Part shown: positions 28,527 through 39,085 of the stretch, in pieces
Layout: the number at the start of each line of letters is the position of its first letter
Numbering within the stretch: the first letter of the stretch is position 1
Source: Candidatus Poribacteria bacterium
GTDB lineage: Bacteria; Poribacteria; WGA-4E; WGA-3G
Direction: 5' to 3'
DNA: 64,000 bases
NCBI GenBank assembly: GCA_963665235.2
Contig: CAXXLX010000001.1
Location: forward strand, 1,376,001-1,440,000
Program-made: the position numbers and the translations under genes
Notes under the pieces: generated by a model
Database searches by the model: none
The model's input: only the letters and a program-made list of their open reading frames with translations
What the model was told of the DNA's origin: nothing

Positions 28527-31199
28527 CTAGCCAACAGAGGCTATCTCTAAATGTCCACGCCAATGTGTCCGTAGCATCCGTTTTAAGAGCTGATGTGCCG
28601 GGGCATTTAACCCCGTATCGGACTTTACCAACGCTGCTGCTTCCTTCTTCGCTATCTCTAAGAGAGAAACATCACTGAGGATATTGGCAATTTTAAAATT
28701 AGGTACACCGGACTGACGCGTGCCGAAAAATTCGCCCGGCCCCCGAATGTTCAAATCTTCTTCTGCGATGTCGAACCCGTTATTAGAACGCACCATCACC
28801 TGAATTCGGCGGTATGCATCATCTGTCTTCGGGGTTGCGATGAGATAACATGCAGATTTGTCGCGCCCTCTGCCGACGCGACCCCGCAATTGATGCAGCT
28901 GTGCCAACCCAAATCGTTCCGCGTGTTCAATTACCATCAATGTGGCATTCGGAACATCAATCCCTACCTCAATGACGGTTGTAGAGACCAGTATGTCAAG
29001 TTCACGTGCATTGAATTTTGCCATAATCTCCTGCTTCTCTACAGATTTCATTTGTCCGTGCAGCAACCCGACCCGCAGATGCGGAAAAACATCCTGCTGG
29101 AAGTGTTCCGCCATGGTTGTGGCAGCTTTCAACTCCTCTAATTTCTCGGATTCCTCTACAAGTGGATAAACGATATATGCCTGTTTGCCACGGCGGACCT
29201 CCTGTTCAAGTTTGGCGTAGAACTGTCCTCTGCCCTTTTCTTTGATCCATCGGGTTTCAATTTTCTGTCTGCCGGGGGGCATTTCGTCAATCACAGACAT
29301 GTTCAGGTCACCGTAAACCGTTAAAGAGAGGGTTCTCGGGATGGGGGTGGCAGTCATGACGAGCACATCCGGTGGCAGCTGTGCTGAGGCGAGTGCATCT
29401 TGTGCTTTGCCGCGGAGCGTTGCACGTTGCATCACACCGAACCGGTGCTGTTCATCAATGATAATGAGCCCTAATTTGTGAAAATCCACGCCCTCCTGTA
29501 TCAACGCCTGTGTGCCGACGATGAGATTCGCTGTGCCATCGGCTATTGTCGCCAACGCCTTCTCCCGTTCCGCTTTCGGTAGGTCGCTTTTCAGTAGCAC
29601 AACCTTCACGTTGAAAGGGGCAAACAACGCTGAAAGATTAGTGTGGTGTTGTTCGGCAAGGATTTCGGTTGGGACCATCAGCGCGCCCTGATAACCGTTC
29701 TGAATTGCACATAAGAGTGCCATCGCTGCGACAACAGTTTTTCCGGAGCCGACATCTCCTTGAATCAATCGGTTCATCACGCGTTTGCTCCGCATGTCCT
29801 CTCGGATTTCGGCAAAAACCCGTTTTTGTGCACCAGTCAACGTAAACGGCAGCGCGTTCACAAATTGACTGAGGAGCGAATTGCTCTCCTGTTCACTTTT
29901 TTCAATCTGAAATTGGATGCCGGGCTGTGAAGTCCTGTCGTCCTTCCGGAGTTCCATGCCGAGGCTGAGCAGGAAAAATTCGTCGAACGCCAGCCGTTTC
30001 TGGGCTGCTGTTTGATGCGCTGTAGATGTGGGAAAATGGATTTCGTTAATGGCTTGCTGTCTGTCAATAAGTTGGCACCGTTGCCGAAGTTCGAGCGGTA
30101 AAATTTCGGGAATTTCGGTGCCGTGCTGATCTAATGCAATTCGCATCCAAGTACGAAGCATTTTCGCTGTCAATTTCGCTGTGAGGGGATATTTCGGCAC
30201 AATCCGCTTTGTATGTATCAGATTATCCTCGTCAAACAGTTCAAATTCATAATCTGTCGCCTGGATTTCGTTGTAACGGCGCGAGAACTTACCGCTTACA
30301 ACCACCTCCGTGTCAACAGGGAGTATGGACTTGATATAGCCGATGCGCCGCCCGAAATTGACGAGCACAGCGACACCTGTACCATCGTAAATTGAGACCT
30401 TACCGATGCTCTTTCGTCCTTTACCCGCAGGTTTGTTGGTCGTATGATTGACAACCCGTCCCTGAATCGTCTCCGGTTCACCATCTTCTCTTCTGCCGAC
30501 TTTGTAAATTTCAACGGTTTTTGACCTATCAATGTAGTCGCGCGGGTAGTATTCTAGCAACTCCCCGACTGTTTGAAAACCGAGTTCATTTGACAATATT
30601 TCGGCACGGCGGGGGCCTATGCCTTTGAGATACTGGAGCGGTTTACGCAGAAATTCGAGCGAGTCAACATCCGTTGATACAGGTGTATCTCCAAGTATCA
30701 CAGGTGTTTCGGGAGCCGCCTCGGCAGCCTCGGAAAGCGTGGGTGAGTGCACAGCAGCACTATCGCTGTTTTTAAGCGTGGTGGGCTCTACATCATAGGT
30801 AGCTGGTGCCGGTTCGGATGGCACAGGTGTTTCGCGAAGAACACCTGTGTTCCGAAAAAGGGATAGGTCTTCATGTCTTGCGTTTGTGTCGCGAGGTTGC
30901 TGTGCTGCAGCCTGTCCCGCTTCAGTCTCAGCGAGGGCCGCATCAAGCTGTTCGGTTGCAACCTGTAGCGTCTGTTGGCGTTCTGCTGGCGATAAACTTG
31001 CATAGTTCTCAAAGCGTGCGGCGAGCCCCTTAAGCACCTGTTTTTCATCGGAGGCGAGCGGAAGGGCGTTCCCCCGTTCTACCCAGAGCATCACATAGGC
31101 GCCCAAACCGTTGACGACGACACTGTCTTGACACCCCATGCGAATCTCTTGCTGGAACGGCCGACGGATGGTTGTCAATATTTCTCTTAAATTATCCAT
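28527..31199 (-). CDS. recG: ATP-dependent DNA helicase RecG
   Basis: QGDVGSGKT, DEQHRFG, MTATPIPRTL, QLHQLRGRVGRG. Confidence 0.97.
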   Translation of the reverse strand: MDNLREILTTIRRPFQQEIRMGCQDSVVVNGLGAYVMLWVERGNALPLASDEKQVLKGLAARFENYASLSPAERQQTLQVATEQLDAALAETEAGQAAAQQPRDTNARHEDLSLFRNTGVLRETPVPSEPAPATYDVEPTTLKNSDSAAVHSPTLSEAAEAAPETPVILGDTPVSTDVDSLEFLRKPLQYLKGIGPRRAEILSNELGFQTVGELLEYYPRDYIDRSKTVEIYKVGRREDGEPETIQGRVVNHTTNKPAGKGRKSIGKVSIYDGTGVAVLVNFGRRIGYIKSILPVDTEVVVSGKFSRRYNEIQATDYEFELFDEDNLIHTKRIVPKYPLTAKLTAKMLRTWMRIALDQHGTEIPEILPLELRQRCQLIDRQQAINEIHFPTSTAHQTAAQKRLAFDEFFLLSLGMELRKDDRTSQPGIQFQIEKSEQESNSLLSQFVNALPFTLTGAQKRVFAEIREDMRSKRVMNRLIQGDVGSGKTVVAAMALLCAIQNGYQGALMVPTEILAEQHHTNLSALFAPFNVKVVLLKSDLPKAEREKALATIADGTANLIVGTQALIQEGVDFHKLGLIIIDEQHRFGVMQRATLRGKAQDALASAQLPPDVLVMTATPIPRTLSLTVYGDLNMSVIDEMPPGRQKIETRWIKEKGRGQFYAKLEQEVRRGKQAYIVYPLVEESEKLEELKAATTMAEHFQQDVFPHLRVGLLHGQMKSVEKQEIMAKFNARELDILVSTTVIEVGIDVPNATLMVIEHAERFGLAQLHQLRGRVGRGRDKSACYLIATPKTDDAYRRIQVMVRSNNGFDIAEEDLNIRGPGEFFGTRQSGVPNFKIANILSDVSLLEIAKKEAAALVKSDTGLNAPAHQLLKRMLRTHWRGHLEIASVG

Positions 31200-31370
31200 T
31201 CTCTCTTCATCAAAAAGTATTTAAGAATTTAGACGTAAATTTAGCGGTAAAGGTTGATTTTCATTGAGAGAACCAGATGTTTTTAGCGAAATTTAAATTT
31301 CCTTGACTTTAGCCAGCAACGAACGTTATAATTCCAGATGTGACGCGTCAATTTCAGAGGTTTTCATATT

Positions 31371-33313
31371 ATGTCAAAACAGAATTTCAACCAAAAGCTT
31401 ACCGCACTCCTCAAAACTCATCCCCGCTTTGTAGACGACTCCGGTGAACTCCTCAACACTGCTGTTAAAGACCACGCATGGCAGCTTGACCACACCCTCA
31501 TCAGATTGCTGCTATCCGATGAAGAGATAAAAGCGAAATTCTTTGACGAAATTGATGGACATTGGATTTCAACTACAACACCTTCATCAGTTATATCAAC
31601 GACAGAAACTTTCTCGCCAACTCCTATACGCAGTTTCGGAACAAAATCGGTTTGAACATTGACGATAAATTCCTGCCCGAACGCGGCGAAGTTTCACTCG
31701 TCTGGCCCTACAAAGATTGTGTGCTGGAGGGGGGACAAACAAAGGAGGCGGAGAAGCGAAAAGAGATTTTCTTCAACGAAATCCTTGCAATAGACGAAAT
31801 CAATCGGATGTTCGACCCGAAGGTGCTTACCAATTGGAAACGTCACACCACCGCAGGTGAAAAAGACGTAACGGACATCCGGCGTGATGAAAACGGCATC
31901 ATTCGCGAAAACCTTATCATCAAGGGGAACAACCTCATCACCCTCCACACCCTCAAACAGCAATTCCGGGGACAGGTAAAACTGATTTACATCGATCCAC
32001 CGTATAATATCGATGGGGATAGTTTTGGCTATAATGATAGTTTCAAGCATTCAACATGGTTAACCTTCATGCGGAACCGATTGGAGATAGCGCGAGAATT
32101 AATGCAGCCCCATGGCGTTCTCTTCATTCACATTGATGACCGAGAAATGCACTATTTAAAATTGGTCGCCGATGAGATATTCGGTAGAGATAACTTTATC
32201 GCGACGGTGCCTAGAAAAACACGAACCGGAAAGAGCGATGTGCCCTACAAAATGTCGAGAGATTTCGACTGGATGCTAGTGTACACGAGGGGAGCCTCAA
32301 AGCAGGATGCACTTTTTCGGCGGTCTGTTTCGCGTAGGTATTACCAAACCCCTGATTTTCCAGATGATGAATGGCGACTCAGTCCAATGACGACACAGCG
32401 TACGATTGAAGAACGCCCAAACTCAGATTTCACGTTGATAAATCCCAAGAATGGACAAGAATTTCCTGTAAATCCGAATCGGTGCTGGGCGGTTACCAAA
32501 GATACATTTCCTGATTACTATAAACAAGGAAAAATCGTTTTTCCCGGTGATTACGATTTTCTTAATATGAAACAGCCCGCCATGCGAATTTTCAAATCTG
32601 AAGAGATTGATAAGAAGGGCGACGACTTCGATAAAGCGTATGTCTCAACTGACTTCCTGAATCATGCCACGGATGAGTTGCTGAAAGGCATGGTCAACAA
32701 AAAAGGGACAGACGAAATTGTGACACTCTTCGGGCGGAAAGCCTTCGCTTATCCGAAAAACGAATTGCTGATGCAACGCATCATAGAGTACACTACCACG
32801 GAAGGTGATATTGTTCTAGATTTTCATCTCGGCTCCGGTACAACTGCTGCAGTTGCACACAAACTGAGCAGGCAATACATTGGCATTGAACAGATGGATT
32901 ACGTAGAAACCATCGCAGTGGAACGCCTGAAAAAAGTAATTGGTGGCGAACAGGGTGGTGTCTCCGAATCTGCAAATTGGAAGGGGGGAGGCGATTTTAT
33001 CTACTGTGAATTGATGCAATACAACCAGGCATATATGGACAAAATCCAAGCCGCACACTCCTCCGAAGAAATTGTGGCACTCTGGCAAGACATCGCCGAA
33101 AACTCGTTCCTGAATTGGTATGTCAACGCCGAAATGCCTCAAGACGCTGTAAACGATTTCATCAACATCGACGACCTTGAGACGCAGAAACGTCTATTGG
33201 CAGAACTGCTCGATAAGAATCAACTTTACGTCAATCTCTCCGAAATAGAGGACGCGGACTTCGCGGTGAGCGCTGAGGATAAGGCGTTGAATAGGATGTT
33301 TTATGGCAAATAA
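31371..33313 (+). pseudogene. mod: type III R-M Mod adenine methyltransferase, frameshifted near 31567
   Basis: ORFs 31371-31655 and 31562-33313 join as GHWIFNYNTF if one T is added; DPPY and FHLGSGTT motifs. Confidence 0.85.
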
Positions 33314-34145
33314 ACAAACCCCAGAAGCACTTTCTTCAAACCGTCACTATTTTGTAGACGAAGGCGGCGACAGCACTCTCTTTTCCCGTAAGGGAAAGGT
33401 ATTGGTCGCTACAGAAGGATGTTCCCGATTTTTCATACTCGGTTTATTGGATGTACCGGCTCCAGTAGCACTAAGCGACCGTTTTGATGAACTGCGGGCG
33501 CGGCTCATGAGCGATTCCTATTTTAAGGGAGTGCCATCTATGCAACCAAACGAGCGTAAAACGGCACTTGCATTCCACGCTAAAGACGATTTGCCTGAAG
33601 TCCGTAGAGAGGTTTTCAGGATTTTGCGGGACACTGAAGGATTACGTTTTTTCGCTGTTGTTGCTGATAAATTGAGTGTTCTTGAGTACGTCCGCCAACG
33701 CAACAAGCGAGAAGCCGATTATCGTTATCATCCCAATGAACTTTACGACTCTCTGACTGAACGTTTATTCAGAGATAGACTACATGAAAGTAGCGGATAT
33801 AATATTATTTTCTCAAAACGCGGTAAGTCTGATCGAACAGCTGCCTTGCGTCGAGCCCTTGAAGCTGCACGCTCCCATTTTGTCACGCCACAAGAGATAA
33901 CTAGCCGCGCATCTTTAAACATTGCTGTGGCAACTCCGAAGGAACATGCAGGTTTACAAGCTGTTGATTATTTTATCTGGGCGTTACAGAGACTTTATGA
34001 ACGAGGTGAAGAGCGGTATTTGACATATCTGTGGAAGGCTTTTAGGCTCGTACACGATATTGATGACACAAGCAAGACAGATTATGGTGTCTATTATACG
34101 CAAAACAGACCCCTCACAGCTGCGGCATTGATAGGAAGAAAATAA
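33303..34145 (+). CDS. DUF3800 domain protein (predicted RNase H-like)
   Basis: N-terminal YFVDEGGD, central FHAKD, C-terminal GLQAVDY; overlaps the mod stop. Confidence 0.8.
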   Translation: MANKQTPEALSSNRHYFVDEGGDSTLFSRKGKVLVATEGCSRFFILGLLDVPAPVALSDRFDELRARLMSDSYFKGVPSMQPNERKTALAFHAKDDLPEVRREVFRILRDTEGLRFFAVVADKLSVLEYVRQRNKREADYRYHPNELYDSLTERLFRDRLHESSGYNIIFSKRGKSDRTAALRRALEAARSHFVTPQEITSRASLNIAVATPKEHAGLQAVDYFIWALQRLYERGEERYLTYLWKAFRLVHDIDDTSKTDYGVYYTQNRPLTAAALIGRK

Positions 34146-34226
34146 AAAAGCCAGGGATATAGGATTGTGCTGAACCGTAGCCTTCCAATCACACGGGTGA
34201 ACCCGAATTTCGTCCACTGGCAATTC
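34144..34226 (-). ncRNA. putative DUF3800-associated structured RNA
   Basis: closing stem GCCAG(U)GGA/UCCCUGGC, inner hairpins CGGGU-UC-ACCCG and GAUUG..CAAUC, terminal U6; own promoter. Confidence 0.7.
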
Positions 34227-34232
34227 AATTAT

Positions 34233-34261
34233 ATTATACCACATTTGACAGCAAATGTCAA
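34233..34261 (-). promoter_or_regulatory. consensus sigma70 promoter for the ncRNA
   Basis: TTGACA-N17-TATAAT with TG extension; inverted repeat ACATTTG-N4-CAAATGT at 34241-34258. Confidence 0.8.
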
Positions 34262-34302
34262 GTAAAAATCAAATAATTTTTCGTATATTTCTGTTTTTCA
34301 AA

Positions 34303-34373
34303 GAGAGAGTCCGCAGATTTTTGCGGTGCGTAAGGAAGATAAAGTGTTGAATAAGGCGTTTCATGGAGATTGA
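34303..34373 (+). pseudogene. relic 3' end of a second mod allele
   Basis: translates (one extra T) to RESADFAVRKEDKVLNKAFHGD* versus Mod IEDADFAVSAEDKALNRMFYGK*. Confidence 0.75.
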
Positions 34374-34398
34374 CACTTTATCCGTTTTGTGGTATACT
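34370..34398 (+). promoter_or_regulatory. sigma70 promoter for the HTH-ImmA gene and res
   Basis: TTGACA-N17-TATACT with TG extension. Confidence 0.7.
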
Positions 34399-34502
34399 GT
34401 AAAAAATAATTCACTACAAGCGGGACATGTTAAGTTTATTTGGACAATTAATCGATAACAGACGGTTAAACGGTATCCCCCTGAACCGTTGGAACGTATA
34501 CC

Positions 34503-35516
34503 ATGGCTAAATCTGTAAAAGCACTCATCACGCCGGAAGTTCTCAAGTGGGTCCGGGAAAGACGTATCAGATTAACAATTGATTACGCGGCTAAAAAATT
34601 AAAGGTAGACCCCGAGCGTCTTGTGGACTGGGAGAATGGGGTAGAAGGCCCTACCGTCGCGCAATTAAAGAAAATTGCCAAGCTCTATAAAACCCATATC
34701 TCTCTTTTCTATCTGCCATCCCCGCCTACCGATTTTCAGCCGCTTACCGATTATCGGATGTTGCCTGACTCTACCGCGCCTGATGAAGAACAGGTCTATA
34801 GATTAAACGCCAATATTGTTGAAGCGTACGAAAGACGCTACACGCTCATTGACCTTTATGAACTGCTAGCGGAATCTCCTCCTCAGGTGACACTGAAGGT
34901 TAGCAAGCATGAAAAACCGGAACGCGCCGCACAGAAAATAACGGAATTTCTTGAATTCAATAGGGAACAGCTCCAGCAAGCCAATACACCTCACGATGCC
35001 CTGAAATTTTGGAAACGAATCGTTGAAGCGAAAGGTATTCTTGTCTGTCAGACCTCTGTGAATCCACACCTCTCTGTTGAGCTGACAACAGTACGTGGAT
35101 TTTGTATTGCAGAGACACCTTGTCCGGTGATTGTGATAAACCCTAAAGACAGTCCTTATGGGCGCATATTTACAATCGTCCACGAGTTAGTTCATGTCGC
35201 CTTGGGGGAAAGTGTCATCCAGAATACCGGTTTTGAAAAGGCAAGTTCTTCGAATTTGGAGCCTATTGAAATCTTTTGCAATCAGGTAGCAGCTGAAGTT
35301 TTAGCACCTCTGAAAAAGTACAAAAGGACAGGCGGAGAATCGAGAGAGACTGTACCGCACCATAATCGGCTCCTCAATACCTATGGTGAGCATTTTGCGC
35401 GAATCGCTTTTACCGCTTATCATGAGAATAAAATCACAATAGCGGGTTTATCCGCTGCTTTTTCTAATTGTGCCACAAAACACCTTCGCGCAATTGATAA
35501 CCAAATCTTCGTATGA
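34503..35516 (+). CDS. XRE-HTH plus ImmA/IrrE (M78) metallopeptidase fusion
   Basis: ITPEVLKWVRE..WENG..PT HTH; FTIVHELVH (HExxH); EIFCNQVAAEVL. Confidence 0.88.
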   Translation: MAKSVKALITPEVLKWVRERRIRLTIDYAAKKLKVDPERLVDWENGVEGPTVAQLKKIAKLYKTHISLFYLPSPPTDFQPLTDYRMLPDSTAPDEEQVYRLNANIVEAYERRYTLIDLYELLAESPPQVTLKVSKHEKPERAAQKITEFLEFNREQLQQANTPHDALKFWKRIVEAKGILVCQTSVNPHLSVELTTVRGFCIAETPCPVIVINPKDSPYGRIFTIVHELVHVALGESVIQNTGFEKASSSNLEPIEIFCNQVAAEVLAPLKKYKRTGGESRETVPHHNRLLNTYGEHFARIAFTAYHENKITIAGLSAAFSNCATKHLRAIDNQIFV

Positions 35517-35561
35517 AGTCCTTGTTAACCTCGAATCAGATAGTTTAGGGAATCAACCGAA

Positions 35562-38171
35562 ATGGCTGAAAAATTCTTATATGAGCGAATATTGGAGGAA
35601 TTCGGAAAGCGAACCATCCAAAATACAGAGATTCCATCTTGCCTCACCGATAATTTGAACCCCGAATTTGAACTCCGCGACTACCAAAAGGAAGCATTCG
35701 TCCGGTTTTTTCTCTGCTTGGAAAACGACTTCCCCGGTGAAGAAAAACCGCCCCATTTTCTGTTCAATATGGCAACCGGCAGTGGCAAGACGCTCATCAT
35801 GGCGGGCCTGATGCTGTACCTTTACGAGCGGGGGTATCGCAACTTCCTCTTTTTTGTTAACTCCACCAACATCATCGAAAAGACGAAAGACAACTTCCTC
35901 AACCCGCGGGCGACAAAATACCTCTTTAGTCAAGACATCCGCTTTGATGGAAAACCTGTCACCGTGAACAGAGTAGACAATTTTGAGGGGGTCAACGAAA
36001 ACGACATCAATATCTGCTTTACGACTATTCAGCAGTTGCACACCGATATGACGACAGAGAAGGAGAACGCGCTAACTTACGAGAATTTCGCGGCACAGCA
36101 AATTGTGCTATTAGCAGATGAAGCACATCACATGAACGTCAGCACTAAGTCCCAGCAAGGGTTGGCACTGTTTGAAAGTTGGGAGAACACAGTAGACCGT
36201 ATCTTTAAGTCTAACCCCGACAACCTATTGTTGGAATTCACCGCTACGCACGATTACGAAACGCCCGCGATGGTGGAAAAGTATCGGAACAAGGTTATCA
36301 ACCGGTACGATTTGGTAAATTTTCGGAATGAGCGGTTCTCGAAAGAGGTGGTGCTGGTCCATTCCGATTTAGAGCAGGAGTCCCGCATCTTGCAAGCACT
36401 GATTCTCAATCAGTACAAGCAAGAAGTTGCGGCAAAATACCAGATGCAACTTAAGCCCGTCATTCTGTTCAAGGCACAGCGGACAATTGCACAATCGATA
36501 GAGAACAAGGAGAACTTTCATAAGCTGATTAATGAGCTCACCGCTGCGCAGCTCAACAGACTTCGCGGGTCGAAGCTTGAGATTGTTCAGCGGGCATTCC
36601 GCTTCTTCGATGAAAATAATATCAATGCCGACCAGTTGGCACAACGGCTGAAATCGGAATTTCGCGAGGAATACTGTCTCTCGGTTAACGATGAATCCGA
36701 AAAGAAGAGCTATCAGATACAGGTAAACACGCTTGAAGACAAAGATAACCCGATTCGTGCCATTTTCGCGGTTCAAAAATTGAACGAGGGGTGGGATGTG
36801 CTAAACCTGTTTGACATTGTGCGTTGTTATGAGGCGCGCGATTCTGGGCAGAATAGAATCGGAAAAACAACGATATCCGAGGCGCAGCTTATCGGGCGCG
36901 GGGCACGCTATTTTCCGTTCGTTCTCCCGGAACACACAGACCGCTTCCGCCGTAAGTTTGACGAAAATCTTGACCACGAATTACGGGTGTTAGAGGAACT
37001 CCATTACCACAGTATCCATGATTCGCGTTACATCTCCGAAATTCGCAGCGCGCTAGTCGATGTCGGAATGATGGACAGAACGCGTGTCACCCGTGAAATC
37101 AAACTGAAAAACGAATTCAAGAATACCGACTTTTACAAATACGGGGTTGTCTGGCTCAACAAACAGGTTCCGAAAGATTATCAGCATGTCAAATCCATTG
37201 ACGACTTAGCAACGCTAAGTGTCCAGCAGAAAAACTATACACATACCATTCGTACAGGTTCCGCTGGCGAAACATCCGTTATAGAAAATAGTGAGACATC
37301 TGTACAAACGGGACACCGAAACAGCCGAGACGTAAAGTTGGTCGATATTGAACAGAACATCGTTAGGGCGGCTATCGTGCGCAATCCCTTTTTCACGTTC
37401 GCATCCCTCAGGAGGTATTTGCCACACTTGACATCCATAAGCGAATTTATCACATCGGAAAACTATTTGGGTGCCCTAGCAATTACTTTCACGGGAGAGC
37501 TCACTTCCCTAGAAGAGAATCGTCCCGAAAAACTGGCTGCGTGTGAAGGACTTCTCAGTCAAATTGAATCCGAAGTCCGGAAACAGATTACGGAATACCA
37601 AGGCACGAAACACTTTTATGAACAGCAAATCCACGCTGTCTTCATGGATAAAACCTTGACATTTAGTGTAAACAACCCGCGTGTTCTGAACGAATCGGAG
37701 ACAGAGTATCTCGTCAATGGAAGCGACTGGTTCGCGTTTGACAGTCTCTATGGAACGAGTGAAGAAAGGGCATTCGTGCAGATGTTAGACAGATGGCTTT
37801 CGGAATCAGGACGAACATACCAGAATATCTATCTTCTCCGCAACGAGGGGCATTTCGCTCTCTATAACTTCTCTGATGGGCAACCCTTCTATCCCGATTT
37901 TGTGCTTTTCTTGCATGAAGAAAACGGTGAATCGCACACCTATCAACTTTTCATTGAACCGAAAGGCGCGTATATCGCAGAAAATGACCGGTGGAAAGCG
38001 GAATTCCTAAAGGAAATCCGTGCTGAATACAACAGCAAAATCCTGACAGAAAACAGCAGGTATCGTATCATCGGTGTTCCATCCTTCTATAATGAGGCGC
38101 AGGAAAACCGATTCAAAGATGAATTGAATACGGCATTGCAAACCTTCCATCAAAAACAAACAGACCGTTAG
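35562..38171 (+). CDS. res: type III R-M Res subunit (SF2 helicase + PD-(D/E)XK nuclease)
   Basis: MATGSGKT, DEAHH, FTAT, EGWDV, QLIGRGAR, YPDF..IEPKG. Confidence 0.93.
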   Translation: MAEKFLYERILEEFGKRTIQNTEIPSCLTDNLNPEFELRDYQKEAFVRFFLCLENDFPGEEKPPHFLFNMATGSGKTLIMAGLMLYLYERGYRNFLFFVNSTNIIEKTKDNFLNPRATKYLFSQDIRFDGKPVTVNRVDNFEGVNENDINICFTTIQQLHTDMTTEKENALTYENFAAQQIVLLADEAHHMNVSTKSQQGLALFESWENTVDRIFKSNPDNLLLEFTATHDYETPAMVEKYRNKVINRYDLVNFRNERFSKEVVLVHSDLEQESRILQALILNQYKQEVAAKYQMQLKPVILFKAQRTIAQSIENKENFHKLINELTAAQLNRLRGSKLEIVQRAFRFFDENNINADQLAQRLKSEFREEYCLSVNDESEKKSYQIQVNTLEDKDNPIRAIFAVQKLNEGWDVLNLFDIVRCYEARDSGQNRIGKTTISEAQLIGRGARYFPFVLPEHTDRFRRKFDENLDHELRVLEELHYHSIHDSRYISEIRSALVDVGMMDRTRVTREIKLKNEFKNTDFYKYGVVWLNKQVPKDYQHVKSIDDLATLSVQQKNYTHTIRTGSAGETSVIENSETSVQTGHRNSRDVKLVDIEQNIVRAAIVRNPFFTFASLRRYLPHLTSISEFITSENYLGALAITFTGELTSLEENRPEKLAACEGLLSQIESEVRKQITEYQGTKHFYEQQIHAVFMDKTLTFSVNNPRVLNESETEYLVNGSDWFAFDSLYGTSEERAFVQMLDRWLSESGRTYQNIYLLRNEGHFALYNFSDGQPFYPDFVLFLHEENGESHTYQLFIEPKGAYIAENDRWKAEFLKEIRAEYNSKILTENSRYRIIGVPSFYNEAQENRFKDELNTALQTFHQKQTDR

Positions 38172-39085
38172 TTCGCCTGGCGTAATTTCTGAAACAGGTC
38201 CCGAAAAATTGCATCCCGATTGACACCCGTAGCAATACGCATGAAATGTCGGCTGTTATCAAAACTCCACGTCACAGCATCTGTCAAGATAGGACTATGG
38301 ACAATTTCTGTCGGTACCCATTGCGGGTTGATAAGATATGCGGTTGCAGCTATATCCCAGATGACCTTTGACCAACCGAAGTGGTCACTATGGTACGCCT
38401 TGAAAATCTCAACGAGGTAATCCCCGATTTTTCCTTGTCCCTGGACATAACGTTCCATCTCCGCCACCGTTGTCAATAGGTGTGAGACGACACCACGTGC
38501 GGGAAGATGAACAAACGGCACGCCGCAATTGAGCACCAGCCGCGCACTGTGAATATCTTGTGCAAGGTTAAACTCACGCGTATGGGGCCAATACAACGGG
38601 TTGCCCCCCAGCCAGACGACGACTATCCGTTTGATAATTTCAGGTTCCATTAAAATAGCAGAGGCTACGTTCGTTATAGCACCGACAGCCGCGACGTAAA
38701 GCGGTTCGTCGGTCTGTGCCATTGCCCGTTCGACCATATCGGTTGCCGCATCGCTCGGTACAGGCGTAGTTGCATCTGCAAGAAACGTTGTGGAACCCCG
38801 GTAGACGAACCCCTCGGCATCGACATTGAGGAACGCTAAAAGCCGCAGAATTTCAGCGTAACTTTTCTCCATACCCTCTTCGGCGTTCGCTGAGCGATTG
38901 TTGTGAAACGGTGCCGCATATATCGCCTCAAGGTTGAGCTGTTCCGGTGAGAGGAGTGCATGGACGACTGCAAACTGGTCATCAATTTCGTTATAGGTAT
39001 CGGTGTCAAGCACCATTCGGACGCGGCCTTCTGGCGGTTGAAGCATCTCTAAACGTTTTGTCTCTAGCAAGCTCGGAAATTGCAT
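38168..39085 (-). CDS. nucleoside hydrolase family protein
   Basis: LDTDTYNEIDDQFA, EFNL, IWD motifs. Confidence 0.88.
   Translation of the reverse strand: MQFPSLLETKRLEMLQPPEGRVRMVLDTDTYNEIDDQFAVVHALLSPEQLNLEAIYAAPFHNNRSANAEEGMEKSYAEILRLLAFLNVDAEGFVYRGSTTFLADATTPVPSDAATDMVERAMAQTDEPLYVAAVGAITNVASAILMEPEIIKRIVVVWLGGNPLYWPHTREFNLAQDIHSARLVLNCGVPFVHLPARGVVSHLLTTVAEMERYVQGQGKIGDYLVEIFKAYHSDHFGWSKVIWDIAATAYLINPQWVPTEIVHSPILTDAVTWSFDNSRHFMRIATGVNRDAIFRDLFQKLRQAN

Noticed and set aside
27742-28574. recG-end duplication as a prophage/ICE att site or DGR TR/VR pair
   Set aside because: the copy lies inside isrB rather than at an element boundary; no integrase or reverse transcriptase; too few differences to show an adenine-specific pattern
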